Origin: Bacillota bacterium
GTDB lineage: Bacteria > Bacillota > Clostridia > Lachnospirales > Lachnospiraceae
Length of the DNA: 64,000 nt
Direction of reading: 5' to 3'
Assembly (NCBI GenBank): GCA_023421075.1
Contig: JAEZUM010000046.1
Coordinates: 16,768 to 80,767, forward strand
The position numbers and the translations under genes were made by a program. The notes under the pieces were generated by a model. It did no database searches. It had not been told where the DNA came from and saw nothing but the letters and a program-made list of their open reading frames with translations. Of this stretch, positions 49,542 through 60,156 are shown piece after piece (positions within the stretch are counted from its first letter, which is position 1; every line of letters begins with the position of its first letter).

Positions 49542-51884
49542 CCGGAATTCACTAATCTCAAGCATCTCACCATCGGTTGATAAAGTAATCGCTCCGCTCT
49601 TGTAAGTAATAAGAGCAATACTTGACACAGCGTCTAATCGTTCCAATAATTCAACATGGGGATGTCCATACCGGTTCTCCTTACTGCAGGAGATCACGGA
49701 ATAATCCGGCTTTATTAATTTGAGCAGTTCCTCCCCGGTCGAGTATTTCGAGCCGTGATGCGCCACCTTAAGTACCTCATAATCAATGGCAGGGGCTGTT
49801 CCGAACTCCTTTTGTAGCCTAACCTCCTTCAATTCCTCTATTAGCTTTTTCTCACCCTCAGCCTCCAGATCTCCTGTTAACAGCATATCAAAACCACCAT
49901 AATTTACGCGAAGTACTGTCGAATAGGAATTCGCAGTGGAGCCGATAAACCCAGTGGAGGGATGCAGGCAATCAATATGAAGCAAGCCTTCCTGTATCCT
50001 GTCTCCTGCCGCGATATATTGTAGATTTATATTCTTAATCGACGCCAAATCCACCAGTTCCATATATTTCTCATCCTTATCTGCCAGATCAGGGAGAAGC
50101 AATGTTTCGATTGTGAACTCATTCTCCTTCACCATCTCAACGATACCCGATATATGATCGCGATCCGGGTGGGTAATGATTGCATAATCCAGTCGATCTA
50201 CCCCCTTCGATTTTAGAAAAGGAACAATCCGATACTTACCGACTTGTCCGGTACTTGAGCTACCACCATCAATCAGAAAGGAGGTTCCTTCTCTGTTCTC
50301 CATAAAAATCGCATCACCCTGTCCGACATCGAGTAAAGTCACCTCAAGTCCAGGGTTATAGTGAGGTGAAAATAAGATCAGTTGTGAAGCCAACAGTAAT
50401 AGAAGCGTCCACTTCTTTTTGTATTTTTTTGCTGCCAGAATAAAGGATAGCATGCATAAAAACGATAAGATAATTATGAATTGTTTGGGTTTTCCAACCG
50501 TAATCATATGAAAGGGTAAATGTCGAACCCCCTCACAGATCAGGTCATAAAGCTTCAATATATAATTGGAGCCGCCAATTGCAAATACTCCGGCTTGGTC
50601 AGAAACCATACCAAGAAACCCCGCGAGAATTGAATTCATTGTCAACACAGATACGAAAGGAAGAATCATCAGATTGGTTATCACACCATAAAGGGGATAT
50701 TGATAGAAAAAGTACAGAATGATCGGGCTTGTCGTAAGCATTGCACTAAAGCTGATTAAAAGACCATTCTTTATCTTGTTGTTACCCGGAAATAGTTGTT
50801 TTAGAATTGGCAACAGAACAGCAATTCCAATCACTGCAAGAAAGGATAATAAAAAGCCTGTACTGATCAACTGGAAAGGATTTTGAAGCAGGATAAGCAA
50901 TGCACTCAAGGCTGCTGCCGATATCATATCATAGGTTTTTCCCGCCAGAGTAGCAAACAGCAGAACCATCAACATAACAACCGCTCGATTTGTTGATACG
51001 CTGAAATTAGTCATCACACCGTAGCTATAGATAACGAGTACTGTAATCAATGTTGCAGCGTGTAGAGATAGTCTGCATTTTCGCAGCAGCCAGAAGGTAC
51101 TCATGCCGATCAGTGATACATGCAGTCCTGATATGGCCAAGATATGCGAGATACCGTTTTCCTGATACAGCTGCTTCACTTCATCCTCGATAAGATATTT
51201 CTCCCCTAGGAGCATGGCCGTTAATGTGCCTGCCTCTCTATTATTCAGACTATCATGATAGACCTGCATCAAACTTTTTTTGACCTGATCCAAGAAAGCA
51301 GCATAATAAGAATAACCATCATCCGAGACAATGATCTGCTCCGCCATAAGTTTAAAATCAATATTTAATGCTTTATAATAGTTTTCTTCATTGAATTGGC
51401 CGGGATTTGTCGGCTTTTGAAATTTTTGTAAAGAGCCTTGAACGGTAATCTGATTACCGATCCGGTAGATTTGATCATTGGATAGATAGATAATTACACT
51501 TTCACAGGGATAATTCTCCCCGTTTCCAATCGCGATTTGATTATTAACAACATATAGTATTTGGCCCTGCTGCTTCCTTACCACCATCTTTATACGACCG
51601 GTAAGCACACAGGGTACTTCTTGTTCAAATGCATAATAAAGCTTTGGTAATCTGCTTTGATCCTGCATAACCACATAACCCAGAAGCAGGAAAGCCGGTA
51701 GCAGCCAGAAGAGGACTTGTTTCTTATGAATACTCTTCTCCTTATGGTAAAGCATATCAAGGTATATAAATATATAGGCAAGAATAACCAGTGCCAGTAA
51801 TATACCGATTGCGATCTGCCTCCAGGCACTTCCGACTCCAAGCAGATAAGCCCCAAGCATCCACACCAGTGGACGTTTCGCCAA
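49461..51884 (-). CDS. comEC: DNA internalisation competence protein ComEC/Rec2
   Basis: 807 aa. Polytopic competence domain plus a C-terminal MBL domain (LDVGQGD, HPDRDH, AHHGS). The last ~20 aa (QDEVTDEDTDEDTR) are encoded by the tandem repeat. Confidence 0.9.
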   Translation of the reverse strand: MAKRPLVWMLGAYLLGVGSAWRQIAIGILLALVILAYIFIYLDMLYHKEKSIHKKQVLFWLLPAFLLLGYVVMQDQSRLPKLYYAFEQEVPCVLTGRIKMVVRKQQGQILYVVNNQIAIGNGENYPCESVIIYLSNDQIYRIGNQITVQGSLQKFQKPTNPGQFNEENYYKALNIDFKLMAEQIIVSDDGYSYYAAFLDQVKKSLMQVYHDSLNNREAGTLTAMLLGEKYLIEDEVKQLYQENGISHILAISGLHVSLIGMSTFWLLRKCRLSLHAATLITVLVIYSYGVMTNFSVSTNRAVVMLMVLLFATLAGKTYDMISAAALSALLILLQNPFQLISTGFLLSFLAVIGIAVLLPILKQLFPGNNKIKNGLLISFSAMLTTSPIILYFFYQYPLYGVITNLMILPFVSVLTMNSILAGFLGMVSDQAGVFAIGGSNYILKLYDLICEGVRHLPFHMITVGKPKQFIIILSFLCMLSFILAAKKYKKKWTLLLLLASQLILFSPHYNPGLEVTLLDVGQGDAIFMENREGTSFLIDGGSSSTGQVGKYRIVPFLKSKGVDRLDYAIITHPDRDHISGIVEMVKENEFTIETLLLPDLADKDEKYMELVDLASIKNINLQYIAAGDRIQEGLLHIDCLHPSTGFIGSTANSYSTVLRVNYGGFDMLLTGDLEAEGEKKLIEELKEVRLQKEFGTAPAIDYEVLKVAHHGSKYSTGEELLKLIKPDYSVISCSKENRYGHPHVELLERLDAVSSIALITYKSGAITLSTDGEMLEISEFRKMGHGVRSQMKIQDEVTDEDTDEDTR

Positions 51885-51898
51885 ATAACATCCCTCCT

Positions 51899-52807
51899 TT
51901 AGCTCTCATCAATCAAGGACAGATTGCGTTCGAAGAATCCATCAAAGGGAATGCCGTCTCCGAACGTAGGCTGTACTTCGCCATTAATGAGGAATTGAAC
52001 CTTACTGATGTACGGTAATTCAATTAGAGTATTAACAATGGAATAGATTACGATCTCATCTTTTAGGTTAGGAATCTTTTCTTTGAATTTATCACTAAAA
52101 TCCACGTAACATACCCCTTCCTTCATCTCCACCTCGAGCAGCTCGGTACCCTCCGGAATCGTCGGATACATCCCGATCTGTGAAGGACCTTTCATCAGTT
52201 CCTTTAACACCAGCTCCTCCAGTGATCCTATACCGGTATATGTGATATCTGTAACATATTCAACCAGAGCATTACCTTTACTATTTGTGAAATAAAGCTT
52301 AATCTTCGTCTCAGTCCCGGTATTGTCGATGAAATCCTCTTTTGTCATAATACCAACCAGGTTAGAGTTGGAATCCATTAATGGTTGACCATTAACAGCA
52401 AACTGTATAAATTCCACATCCGGAATCTGCGTAATTGTCTTTACAACAGCAGCTCGACATAGCACCTCATTGATTCCGGATAATTCATGATAATTGGATT
52501 CAAAATTAATGGTCAGACTGCTATCTTCATTAAAGGTGAACTCCTTCACTGCAACAATATCGGTGAAAGCACTTTTGTATAACAGATTTTCAGGGTTCAG
52601 CTTTAACATATACAGCAGCTCTTCAATTTGTTCATCCCGGTCCGTACTAATCATCTTGTAAGGCTCACTGACTAAGGCGGAGGTTTTGGAATCAATATAA
52701 TAGATAGACACCTCAGTGCCCTGGTCAGAGGTGTTACCCTTCTTTTCACATGCTGCCAATGCCAGAACCATTAACAGGATTATTATTATTGTACTGAATT
52801 TCTTCAT
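51899..52807 (-). CDS. GerMN-domain lipoprotein
   Basis: 302 aa. Lipobox LALAAC after the signal peptide, then two GerMN-like repeats. Confidence 0.7.
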   Translation of the reverse strand: MKKFSTIIIILLMVLALAACEKKGNTSDQGTEVSIYYIDSKTSALVSEPYKMISTDRDEQIEELLYMLKLNPENLLYKSAFTDIVAVKEFTFNEDSSLTINFESNYHELSGINEVLCRAAVVKTITQIPDVEFIQFAVNGQPLMDSNSNLVGIMTKEDFIDNTGTETKIKLYFTNSKGNALVEYVTDITYTGIGSLEELVLKELMKGPSQIGMYPTIPEGTELLEVEMKEGVCYVDFSDKFKEKIPNLKDEIVIYSIVNTLIELPYISKVQFLINGEVQPTFGDGIPFDGFFERNLSLIDES

Positions 52808-52848
52808 ATCAAACCTCCAGGATGGCTCTTTGTGTCTGCCATCGGTAC

Positions 52849-54243
52849 TTACCCAATATAGTTCAAGGGAATACGGACATTAAAGGTAGTTCCTTCCCCT
52901 TCTTTGCTGTAAACCTTAATCGCACCGCGATGCATTTGAATAACATTCTTCGTGATAGCCAGTCCTAGTCCGGTACCTCCGGTTTCTCTGGATCTAGCCT
53001 TATCTACTCTGTAAAAACGCTCAAAAATCGAATCCTGAGCCTCTAGGGGAATTCCGATACCGGAATCCGATACCTTGATAAAGAAATATTTATGATCCGC
53101 ATTCAATGAGACCCTCACCCAACCGTCCGGGGTATTATACTTAATTGCATTCTCAATGAGGTTCGAGATGGCCAAGGATAGCTTAACCTCGTCAATCTCT
53201 GCAACGACAGGACGAAAGCTCTCGTATATCATCTCAATATTCTGCTTTCTTGCAATCGGAGTAAGCCGCTTCAAGATCAATTCCAATAATTCATTAATAT
53301 TAATCGGAGCTATATTCATATCTCCGGCTGTTTTATCGAGCTTCACCAAGGACAACAGGTCATTGATAATCTTATTTTCACGTTCAATTTCATCTGTGAT
53401 ATCTAGCAGAAACTCACGGTATAGTTCAATCGGTGTATCCTCCTGCATGAGCAAGGAATCGGCCAATACTTTAATAGAGGTGATGGGCGTTTTAAGCTCG
53501 TGAGATACATTGGATACAAACTCTTGCCTTGAATTCTCCAGCTTTTGCATCCGGTTAATCATATGATTGAAGGAATCTGAGATCTTTTCGATCTCATTAT
53601 ATCCTTTGATTGTTACGCTATCATTCATATAACCATCGGTAATTCGGTCAATTGAGTTAACCACATTGGTCAGTGGCTTTGTCAGTACCCCGGTAAAATA
53701 GATGGAAAATGCAACGATCAAGAGAGCCAGAATAACCGCAAACAGGACGACTCTTTGCTCCATGCTGTTTCGAATGCTTTGAATGTCCTTAGTAGAAAAA
53801 TTCATGACAATAGCACCCATAACGTCCTTACTGTCGGTGTGGGTGATTGGGTATGTTAATTTAATATAATGAGTATCCCGATCATGGGAATACCTCGTTC
53901 CTGTTCCTTGCAGACATTGTATCACATCCTCGGAGATCAGATATTTCCCCTCCTCCAGAGAATAGGTATCCTTGACGATGTTCAAACTACTGTTAACGAT
54001 TATAATACGCCCGCGATAGATGTCCGATAATCTCGACACCTCGGAATCCACCTCGGCGTCCTCACCGGTCGTCAGATAACCTCTTGAATCAAGCATATTG
54101 GATAACATATATCCTTGATTCACTAACTCCGCTTTTCGATTGTTGATGGCCTTCTCTTCATAAGTATTTAAGAGAATATAAGTAAAAATCGTAAGTGGAA
54201 CTACACCCAGCACGATAAAAACAACCAGTAAATATGCTCTCAT
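52849..54243 (-). CDS. sensor histidine kinase (two TM helices, HAMP, HisKA, HATPase_c)
   Basis: SHELKTPITSI H-box, NLIENAIKY N-box and GGTGLGLAI G-box. The start is taken at the ATG at 54243, because the track start at 54369 overlaps the response-regulator gene by 107 nt. Confidence 0.85.
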   Translation of the reverse strand: MRAYLLVVFIVLGVVPLTIFTYILLNTYEEKAINNRKAELVNQGYMLSNMLDSRGYLTTGEDAEVDSEVSRLSDIYRGRIIIVNSSLNIVKDTYSLEEGKYLISEDVIQCLQGTGTRYSHDRDTHYIKLTYPITHTDSKDVMGAIVMNFSTKDIQSIRNSMEQRVVLFAVILALLIVAFSIYFTGVLTKPLTNVVNSIDRITDGYMNDSVTIKGYNEIEKISDSFNHMINRMQKLENSRQEFVSNVSHELKTPITSIKVLADSLLMQEDTPIELYREFLLDITDEIERENKIINDLLSLVKLDKTAGDMNIAPININELLELILKRLTPIARKQNIEMIYESFRPVVAEIDEVKLSLAISNLIENAIKYNTPDGWVRVSLNADHKYFFIKVSDSGIGIPLEAQDSIFERFYRVDKARSRETGGTGLGLAITKNVIQMHRGAIKVYSKEGEGTTFNVRIPLNYIG

Positions 54244-54262
54244 GCTGTTAAAGACACGCAAC

Positions 54263-54961
54263 TTATTCTTGATTTTGGAAAAAATATCCGACACCCCATT
54301 TTGTATGTATATATTTTGGCTCACTAGGATTGCTTTCAATCTTTTCACGCAATCTTCGAATGTGTACATCTACGGTTCTGACATCACCGGGGTAATCATA
54401 ACCCCAGACAATATTTAAAAGGTTCTCACGGCTATATACTTTGTTGGGATTGAACACAAGAAGCTCCAGTAAATCGAATTCCTTCGCCGTCAGATTGACC
54501 TCTTTGCCCATGATATATACTCTTCTGTTCTCGCAATCAATCTTCATCTCACCAAAGGTTACTGTCTTAGAATCCGAGCTTCCAGTAGCAGTGTTCTTGT
54601 TACTGCGTCTGATGATGGCTTTGATTCTTGCTTTCACTTCCAGAATATTAAAGGGCTTGGTAATATAGTCATCGGCACCATATTCCAGTCCGAGTATTTT
54701 ATCCATATCATCACCCTTAGCGGTCAGCATTATTATAGGCATCATAGAGAATTCCCTGATCTGTTGGCAAACCTCGAACCCGGAAAGCTTGGGAAGCATA
54801 ACATCCAATAAAACGACATCATATTCCTTCTTCTTAGCCGCCTCTAATGCTTCTTCTCCATCATAGGCGCAATCTACCTCCATACCGTCCTGTTCCAGGC
54901 TAAAACGTATTCCTTTCACGATTAACTTCTCATCATCAACAACAAGTACTCTCTTTGCCAT
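54263..54961 (-). CDS. OmpR/PhoB-family response regulator
   Basis: 232 aa. Receiver domain (VVDDE, LLDVMLP, LTAK) plus a winged-helix output domain (VDVHIRRLREK, GVGY). Confidence 0.9.
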   Translation of the reverse strand: MAKRVLVVDDEKLIVKGIRFSLEQDGMEVDCAYDGEEALEAAKKKEYDVVLLDVMLPKLSGFEVCQQIREFSMMPIIMLTAKGDDMDKILGLEYGADDYITKPFNILEVKARIKAIIRRSNKNTATGSSDSKTVTFGEMKIDCENRRVYIMGKEVNLTAKEFDLLELLVFNPNKVYSRENLLNIVWGYDYPGDVRTVDVHIRRLREKIESNPSEPKYIHTKWGVGYFFQNQE

Positions 54962-55085
54962 TTCTTCACCTCATCTATATATAATAATAACCTATCCTTT
55001 ACTCCACTAACGAAGCATGATTCACTATCTTCCTCCGCTTGTCATCAACCTTACATCTAGTTACAGGACGAATTTTAAGCTATGT

Positions 55086-55199
55086 TCTATTATCACCTTA
55101 CGATACTTCTATACCCTGACGATAATCAATAATACCTGAGATAATAATATTACCTTACGGTAATAATATCACCTTACGGTAATAATATCACCTTACGGT
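55086..55199. repeat. six tandem 19-nt units (minus-strand unit ACCGTAAGGTGATATTATT)
   Basis: Units are at 55181, 55162 and 55143 (identical or one mismatch) and at 55124, 55105 and 55086 (progressively diverged). The first unit contains the last three codons and the stop codon of comEA. Confidence 0.85.
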
Positions 55200-55931
55200 G
55201 ATATAGGGGGAGACCTTATTAAAAAGTCCTTCCTTAATTCCCGGAATCTTCATAAGCTCTTCAATTGTCTGAAAGCTTCCGTTGGCACCTCGATATTCGA
55301 TAATAGAGGCTGCTTTCGCTTCCCCGATACCGGGTAACTCCATCAATTCCTTAGCGTCTGCCAGATTGATATTGATACGTTTCTCATCAGTGGATGCTTC
55401 CGGGCTATTGCTCTCTTGTGTTAGAGTGTCACTCGTGAATGGCAGCTCCTTTACCTCCTCCTTCGAAGGAATATAAATTCGCTGTCCATCACTGACCTTA
55501 ACTGCCTGATTAATATAATCGCCGGCCGCTTCCTTCGTAAGTCCTCCGGCAAGTGCAACAAGATCTATCACTCTTGCACCTTCATCCGCTTCGTAGACAC
55601 CCGGATTGATTACCTCTCCGCATATATGAACATAAATAATATGAACTTCCACTCCACTTGCCTTCGTATTCTCCTTGGAAGCTTCTATTTTCATGGATGC
55701 TTCTGAATGCGCCGAAGTCTTCTCCTTCTCCAACCCCGATACCTTATCAGAATTTTCTCTTTCATCTGCGCCTGTTAGTCCCTCTGCATACTGTGATGTA
55801 TCGGACGCATCGGTTCTTGTTGTTATCAATTCTGCATGGGATTGATTCTCCTCGTAGGAACAACTATAACAGATTCCCGAGATTAATAACAGAGCACAGG
55901 TAATCCCTATCATGACATAATTTTTCTTCAT
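55188..55931 (-). CDS. comEA: competence protein ComEA (DNA receptor)
   Basis: 247 aa. N-terminal TM helix, an SLBB-like region, and a C-terminal tandem helix-hairpin-helix (LMELPGIGEAKAASII ... LMKIPGI). Confidence 0.85.
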   Translation of the reverse strand: MKKNYVMIGITCALLLISGICYSCSYEENQSHAELITTRTDASDTSQYAEGLTGADERENSDKVSGLEKEKTSAHSEASMKIEASKENTKASGVEVHIIYVHICGEVINPGVYEADEGARVIDLVALAGGLTKEAAGDYINQAVKVSDGQRIYIPSKEEVKELPFTSDTLTQESNSPEASTDEKRININLADAKELMELPGIGEAKAASIIEYRGANGSFQTIEELMKIPGIKEGLFNKVSPYITVR

Positions 55932-56062
55932 TGTCTATCATCTTTCTTAATTGATCAGATGACTTAAAAGTACCCTCTATACTTTTTCGATAAGACATTT
56001 TTATTTTACATAATCTGCCCATCATTTACAATAGGTATTTCATCTATAAAACAAGAAAATAC

Positions 56063-56530
56063 TTAACATTTTCTCCAATTACACTGAAATATAACAATCC
56101 CTGCTGCCACCAGAACAAGACCGATCAGCTTATGCCATTCGAAATCTGCCTTCTTTGCTCCGAAGATCCCAAATAATTCAATGAGATATGCCACCAGAAG
56201 CTGGGCTGTGATAATGAACATATTTGCCATTGCCGGTCCTAAGGTATCCACACTTTTTATGACGGTATAGGTGATGAATGCGCCGAGTACGCCACCGAGG
56301 AGCATATATTTACTTTCAATTTTAAGCAGGGATGAAAAGGAACCCTGTCGCCCTGTTATGAACCATGCTCCGAAGCAGACAAGCATAGCCGTAAATTGTA
56401 CAAAGGTAGCTGAAACCCATATACCTGCTTGTTTTGTAACACCCGTATTAAATACTCCCTGAGTACTCATCAAAGCCCCGGACAGAATCGCAATCAAAAA
56501 TCCCAACATATTGAATACCAATCCTTTCAT
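56063..56530 (-). CDS. DMT-superfamily membrane protein (DUF606/YdcZ-like)
   Basis: 155 aa with five predicted TM helices. The sequence pattern resembles YdcZ-type half-transporters. Confidence 0.65.
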   Translation of the reverse strand: MKGLVFNMLGFLIAILSGALMSTQGVFNTGVTKQAGIWVSATFVQFTAMLVCFGAWFITGRQGSFSSLLKIESKYMLLGGVLGAFITYTVIKSVDTLGPAMANMFIITAQLLVAYLIELFGIFGAKKADFEWHKLIGLVLVAAGIVIFQCNWRKC

Positions 56531-56667
56531 TCATACGCAAATCCCGTATCCAACCGAAAAGCTCTACCAAATGACAGCTAAGGGGCCAATTTGTAGTTCT
56601 GTGAAGGATCGGTCTTTATAGTCTTTTATAAAGATTGTATCCCATTTGGTTTTGCCTATGCAGCTTC

Positions 56668-56708
56668 CGAAAAGGAAAAGGTTGCCACAAATATACTGTG
56701 GCAACCCC
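56668..56708 (-). terminator. rho-independent terminator after argD
   Basis: On the minus strand, GGTTGCCACA-GTATATT-TGTGGCAACC is followed by TTTTCCTTTTCGG. Confidence 0.75.
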
Positions 56709-56712
56709 TTGA

Positions 56713-57918
56713 TTATAATTCACTTAAGACTCCGTCTAAAATAGCAATCATTTCATCTACATGCTGCTGCTCAATCACAAGCGGAGGAACAAAACGAATT
56801 ACATTGGCACCGGCGCTAATCAGGATGAGTCCTGCATCCATTACTTTTATAATGATATCTTTTACTGGTATTGTGAACTCCAAGCCCTGCATTAATCCCT
56901 TTCCTCTGCGTTCCTTGATAAATTCATACTTTTCTGCTAATTCGTCCAGTCTTTTGGTAAGATATGGTGCAATCTCCTGAACATGTTCTACAATACCTTC
57001 ACTCTCGAACAGATCAAATACCTTGCTTACTGCTGCCGTAACAAAAGGATTACCTCCATAAGTCGTTCCGTGGTCCCCCGGTTCAAAGGCAGAAGCAACT
57101 TCTGTGGTCGCCGCAAAGGCTCCAACCGGTACTCCACAGCCCAGAGCCTTGGCAGTGGTTATGATATCCGGTTTGATATGATAATGTTGATGGGCAAACA
57201 TCGATCCGGTTCTCCCCATACCACATTGAATTTCATCAAGGATTAGAATAATATCGTTTTCATCACAAAGCTTTCTTACACCCTCCAGGAATTCATTCGT
57301 AGCAGGGTACAAACCGCCCTCTCCCTGAACGGGTTCCAAAATGATCGCACAGGTCTTGTCATTGATAAGCTCCTTAACGCTCTCCAGATTATTGAACTGG
57401 GCAAATACGACTCCGCCGATCAAAGGTCCGAAGGCTTCCCGGTATTTTTTATTTCCGGTGATACTCAAGGCTCCCATGCTTCTTCCGTGGAAGGAATGAT
57501 CCATGGAAATAATCTGGCTGTCTGCCACCCCATGCTTATTATAATAATACTTTCGTGCCAACTTAACTGCACCTTCAATCGCTTCTGTTCCACTGCTGGT
57601 AAAAAAGACCCGGTCCATACCGCTGGCACCAATCAGCTTCTTCGCCGCTTCGATTACCGGTACATTATAATAGAGATTTGAGGTGTGGAGTAATTTATCG
57701 ATCTGAGCTTTCAAGGCATCATTGAACTGTTGATTGCCATACCCGAGAGCAAATACCGCAATTCCGGCTGCAAAGTCCAGATATTTCTTATTATTACTGT
57801 CATAAAGATAGACACCCTCGCCACGATCCAACACAAGCTGATAACGACTATAGGTATGCATCAATACTTTCTCAGCTTCTTCCATGAGCAGCTTCATATT
57901 AATCATATCCTTTCCCAT
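56713..57918 (-). CDS. argD: acetylornithine aminotransferase ArgD
   Basis: 401 aa class-III PLP aminotransferase (SGTEA.E.A.K, DEIQCGMGRTG, TTAKALG). The true start may be an internal ATG near 57897. Confidence 0.88.
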   Translation of the reverse strand: MGKDMINMKLLMEEAEKVLMHTYSRYQLVLDRGEGVYLYDSNNKKYLDFAAGIAVFALGYGNQQFNDALKAQIDKLLHTSNLYYNVPVIEAAKKLIGASGMDRVFFTSSGTEAIEGAVKLARKYYYNKHGVADSQIISMDHSFHGRSMGALSITGNKKYREAFGPLIGGVVFAQFNNLESVKELINDKTCAIILEPVQGEGGLYPATNEFLEGVRKLCDENDIILILDEIQCGMGRTGSMFAHQHYHIKPDIITTAKALGCGVPVGAFAATTEVASAFEPGDHGTTYGGNPFVTAAVSKVFDLFESEGIVEHVQEIAPYLTKRLDELAEKYEFIKERRGKGLMQGLEFTIPVKDIIIKVMDAGLILISAGANVIRFVPPLVIEQQHVDEMIAILDGVLSEL

Positions 57919-57964
57919 TCTATTATTTGATGGAGACAGCTCTTTACCACTGTCGTTCCTCCGT

Positions 57965-58870
57965 CTATTTTCCTACCATTGCCTCGTTATCATAGATACT
58001 GGCCTGATCAATGATGGCTGTTCCGATACCACGATTGGTGAAGAACTCGAGCAGCAGACAATGTTCAATTCTACCGTCCAGAATATGAACTCTGGATACA
58101 CCGTTTCTCACTGCATCCACACAGTTCTTCAGCTTCGGAAGCATCCCCCCTCCGATAAAGCCGCTATCCAGCAAGGCATCTGCTTTATCAAGTGTTAATA
58201 CGGAGATCAAACTGTCCTTATCCTTGGGATCTGCATACACACCCTCAATATCCGTTAAGAATACCAGCTTCTCCGCCCCGATTGCTGTTGCAACGGCACA
58301 TGCCGCGTCATCCGCATTGATATTATAATTCTGATATTCATCGTCAAGACCGATCGGTGCAATGACGGGAACAAAATTATTATCGATTAATGTATTAATA
58401 AGCTCTGTGTTAACTTCAGTAATATTTCCCACAAAGCCGATATCCTGACCATTCACCGATCTCTTCTCTACCTTTAACGTACAGCCGTCCTTACCACTGA
58501 TGCCGACTGCCTTCACACCCAGCTTCTCTACCATCTGAACCAGATTCTTATTCACCTTACCAAGAACCATTTCAGCAACCTCCATGGTCTGTTCATCGGT
58601 AACACGCAGTCCCTCGACGAATTTGGACTCATGACCCAGAAGACCCAGCCATTTCGTAATCTCCTTACCACCACCGTGTACGATAATCGGCTGCATACCG
58701 ACTAATTTAAGCAAAGCGACATCCTTTATGACATTGAGTTGAAGATTCTCATCCAGCATAGCGCTACCGCCGTATTTTACAACGACCTTTTTATTATTAA
58801 ACTTTTGTATGTAAGGAAGGGCCTCAATTAAAGTCTGAGCCTTCAGCAGTATCTGATCCATCTGTTCCAT
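57965..58870 (-). CDS. argB: acetylglutamate kinase ArgB
   Basis: [14 protein letters not shown] and INAD motifs. The start is taken at the ATG at 58870, 8 nt after GGAAAGGA. The track start overlaps argJ. Confidence 0.9.
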   Translation of the reverse strand: MEQMDQILLKAQTLIEALPYIQKFNNKKVVVKYGGSAMLDENLQLNVIKDVALLKLVGMQPIIVHGGGKEITKWLGLLGHESKFVEGLRVTDEQTMEVAEMVLGKVNKNLVQMVEKLGVKAVGISGKDGCTLKVEKRSVNGQDIGFVGNITEVNTELINTLIDNNFVPVIAPIGLDDEYQNYNINADDAACAVATAIGAEKLVFLTDIEGVYADPKDKDSLISVLTLDKADALLDSGFIGGGMLPKLKNCVDAVRNGVSRVHILDGRIEHCLLLEFFTNRGIGTAIIDQASIYDNEAMVGK

Positions 58871-58901
58871 ATCACTAGTCCTTTCCTGTTTCGTTGTTTT
58901 A

Positions 58902-60122
58902 TTATGAGCGATAGTCTGCATTTATTTTTACATAATCATAAGAGAAATCACAGCCCCAGGCGGTAGCGGATGATGTACCCGATTTTAAATCCGCAGTGGC
59001 CTTGACCTCTTTCCCGGAGAGAATCTGAGTTGCAAATTCTTCGGAATAATCGGTAGCCATGCCATTCTCCACTAATTTAAGCGTACCGTCTGCACTTTCA
59101 ATCGATAAATCCACCTTATCGGGATCAAAATTTACACCGGAATAGCCCATCGCGCAGAGGATTCTTCCCCAGTTTGCATCATTTCCAAAGACTGCCGTCT
59201 TAACAAGATTCGATGTGATGATTGATTTACTAAGGATGGCGGCTATGTCCCAGGAGGGTGCATTCACTACCTCTACCTCAAACAGCTTCGTTGCGCCTTC
59301 TCCATCGGCAGCCATCTTCTTGGACAGATCCGTTGTCACATAATTAAGAGCCTTGCAAAAAATCTCGTAATCCTCGTTTTTCTCCGTGATTTCCTCATTT
59401 CCTGCAAGTCCATTGGCCAATAATAATAAGGAATCATTGGTGGAGGTATCACGGTCCACACTGATCATATTGAAAGAAACCTTGACATCCGCACTTAATG
59501 CTTCCTGCAACAACTCCTTACTGATATTTAAGTCGGTGGTTACAACACCAAGCATCGTAGCCATGTTCGGATGGATCATACCGGACCCTTTTGCCATCCC
59601 ACCAAGCTTAACTTCCTTCCCACCTACCGTGAAGCTTACCGCACACTCCTTGGAATAGGTATCCGTCGTCATGATCGCCTCCGCTGCTTGAGCGCCAGCC
59701 AGAAGTCCTTCCGCTAATTCTGCCGCAAGAAGCTTTACTCCTTCTACAATTACATCAATCGGCATCTGCTTCCCGATTACACCGGTAGAGGCAGTATAAA
59801 CAGAGGTTATCGGAACATTCATAGCATCGGCTACTGCCTTAGCCATAAGCTTATTATTGATATCACCTTCCGTACCGGTACATGCGTTCGCTACACCACT
59901 GTTCAGTACAACAGCCTGAACAAATGGGCTTTCCTTCGTCACCTTCATATCCCATTTTACCGGAGCAGCCTTCACTACATTGGTTGTGAAGGTTCCTGCT
60001 CCTTTTGCAGGAACAACAGAATATACCAATGCCATATCTTTTCTCTTCTTCTTGATTCCGGCATATACCCCCGCTGCTTGAAAACCATTGGCTGCTGTAA
60101 CTCCACCATCTATCTTCTTCAT
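58902..60122 (-). CDS. argJ: bifunctional ornithine acetyltransferase / N-acetylglutamate synthase ArgJ
   Basis: GVTAA.GF N-terminus and the autoprocessing-site motif ATMLG. The ATG at 60122 is preceded by AAGGTGA. The track start is a GTG at 60131. Confidence 0.9.
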   Translation of the reverse strand: MKKIDGGVTAANGFQAAGVYAGIKKKRKDMALVYSVVPAKGAGTFTTNVVKAAPVKWDMKVTKESPFVQAVVLNSGVANACTGTEGDINNKLMAKAVADAMNVPITSVYTASTGVIGKQMPIDVIVEGVKLLAAELAEGLLAGAQAAEAIMTTDTYSKECAVSFTVGGKEVKLGGMAKGSGMIHPNMATMLGVVTTDLNISKELLQEALSADVKVSFNMISVDRDTSTNDSLLLLANGLAGNEEITEKNEDYEIFCKALNYVTTDLSKKMAADGEGATKLFEVEVVNAPSWDIAAILSKSIITSNLVKTAVFGNDANWGRILCAMGYSGVNFDPDKVDLSIESADGTLKLVENGMATDYSEEFATQILSGKEVKATADLKSGTSSATAWGCDFSYDYVKINADYRS

Positions 60123-60156
60123 ATGAATCACCTTAACCTTTCCCTATTATAATTAT

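Noticed and set aside
49291-49605. 104-aa plus-strand ORF (LHLHLVSPS..., Cys/Leu/Ser/His-rich)
   Set aside because: It is simply the antisense reading of the 12/13-nt tandem repeat and of the comEC 3' end. Its periodic low-complexity composition is a translation artefact.
54244-54369. N-terminal 42-aa extension of the histidine-kinase ORF overlapping the response-regulator gene
   Set aside because: The extension is in a different frame over the conserved C-terminus of the regulator and precedes the first TM helix. The start at 54243 is more plausible, although it has no good Shine-Dalgarno.
56531-56667. Possible riboswitch in the leader of the DUF606 transporter (GGCAAAACC... looked faintly c-di-GMP-I-like)
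   Set aside because: Only an 8-bp ACCAAATG/CATTTGGT pairing and one 7-bp hairpin could be drawn. The conserved GEMM-I elements (GNRA loop/receptor, GACGCAAAGCC junction) are absent, and no known aptamer matches by eye.
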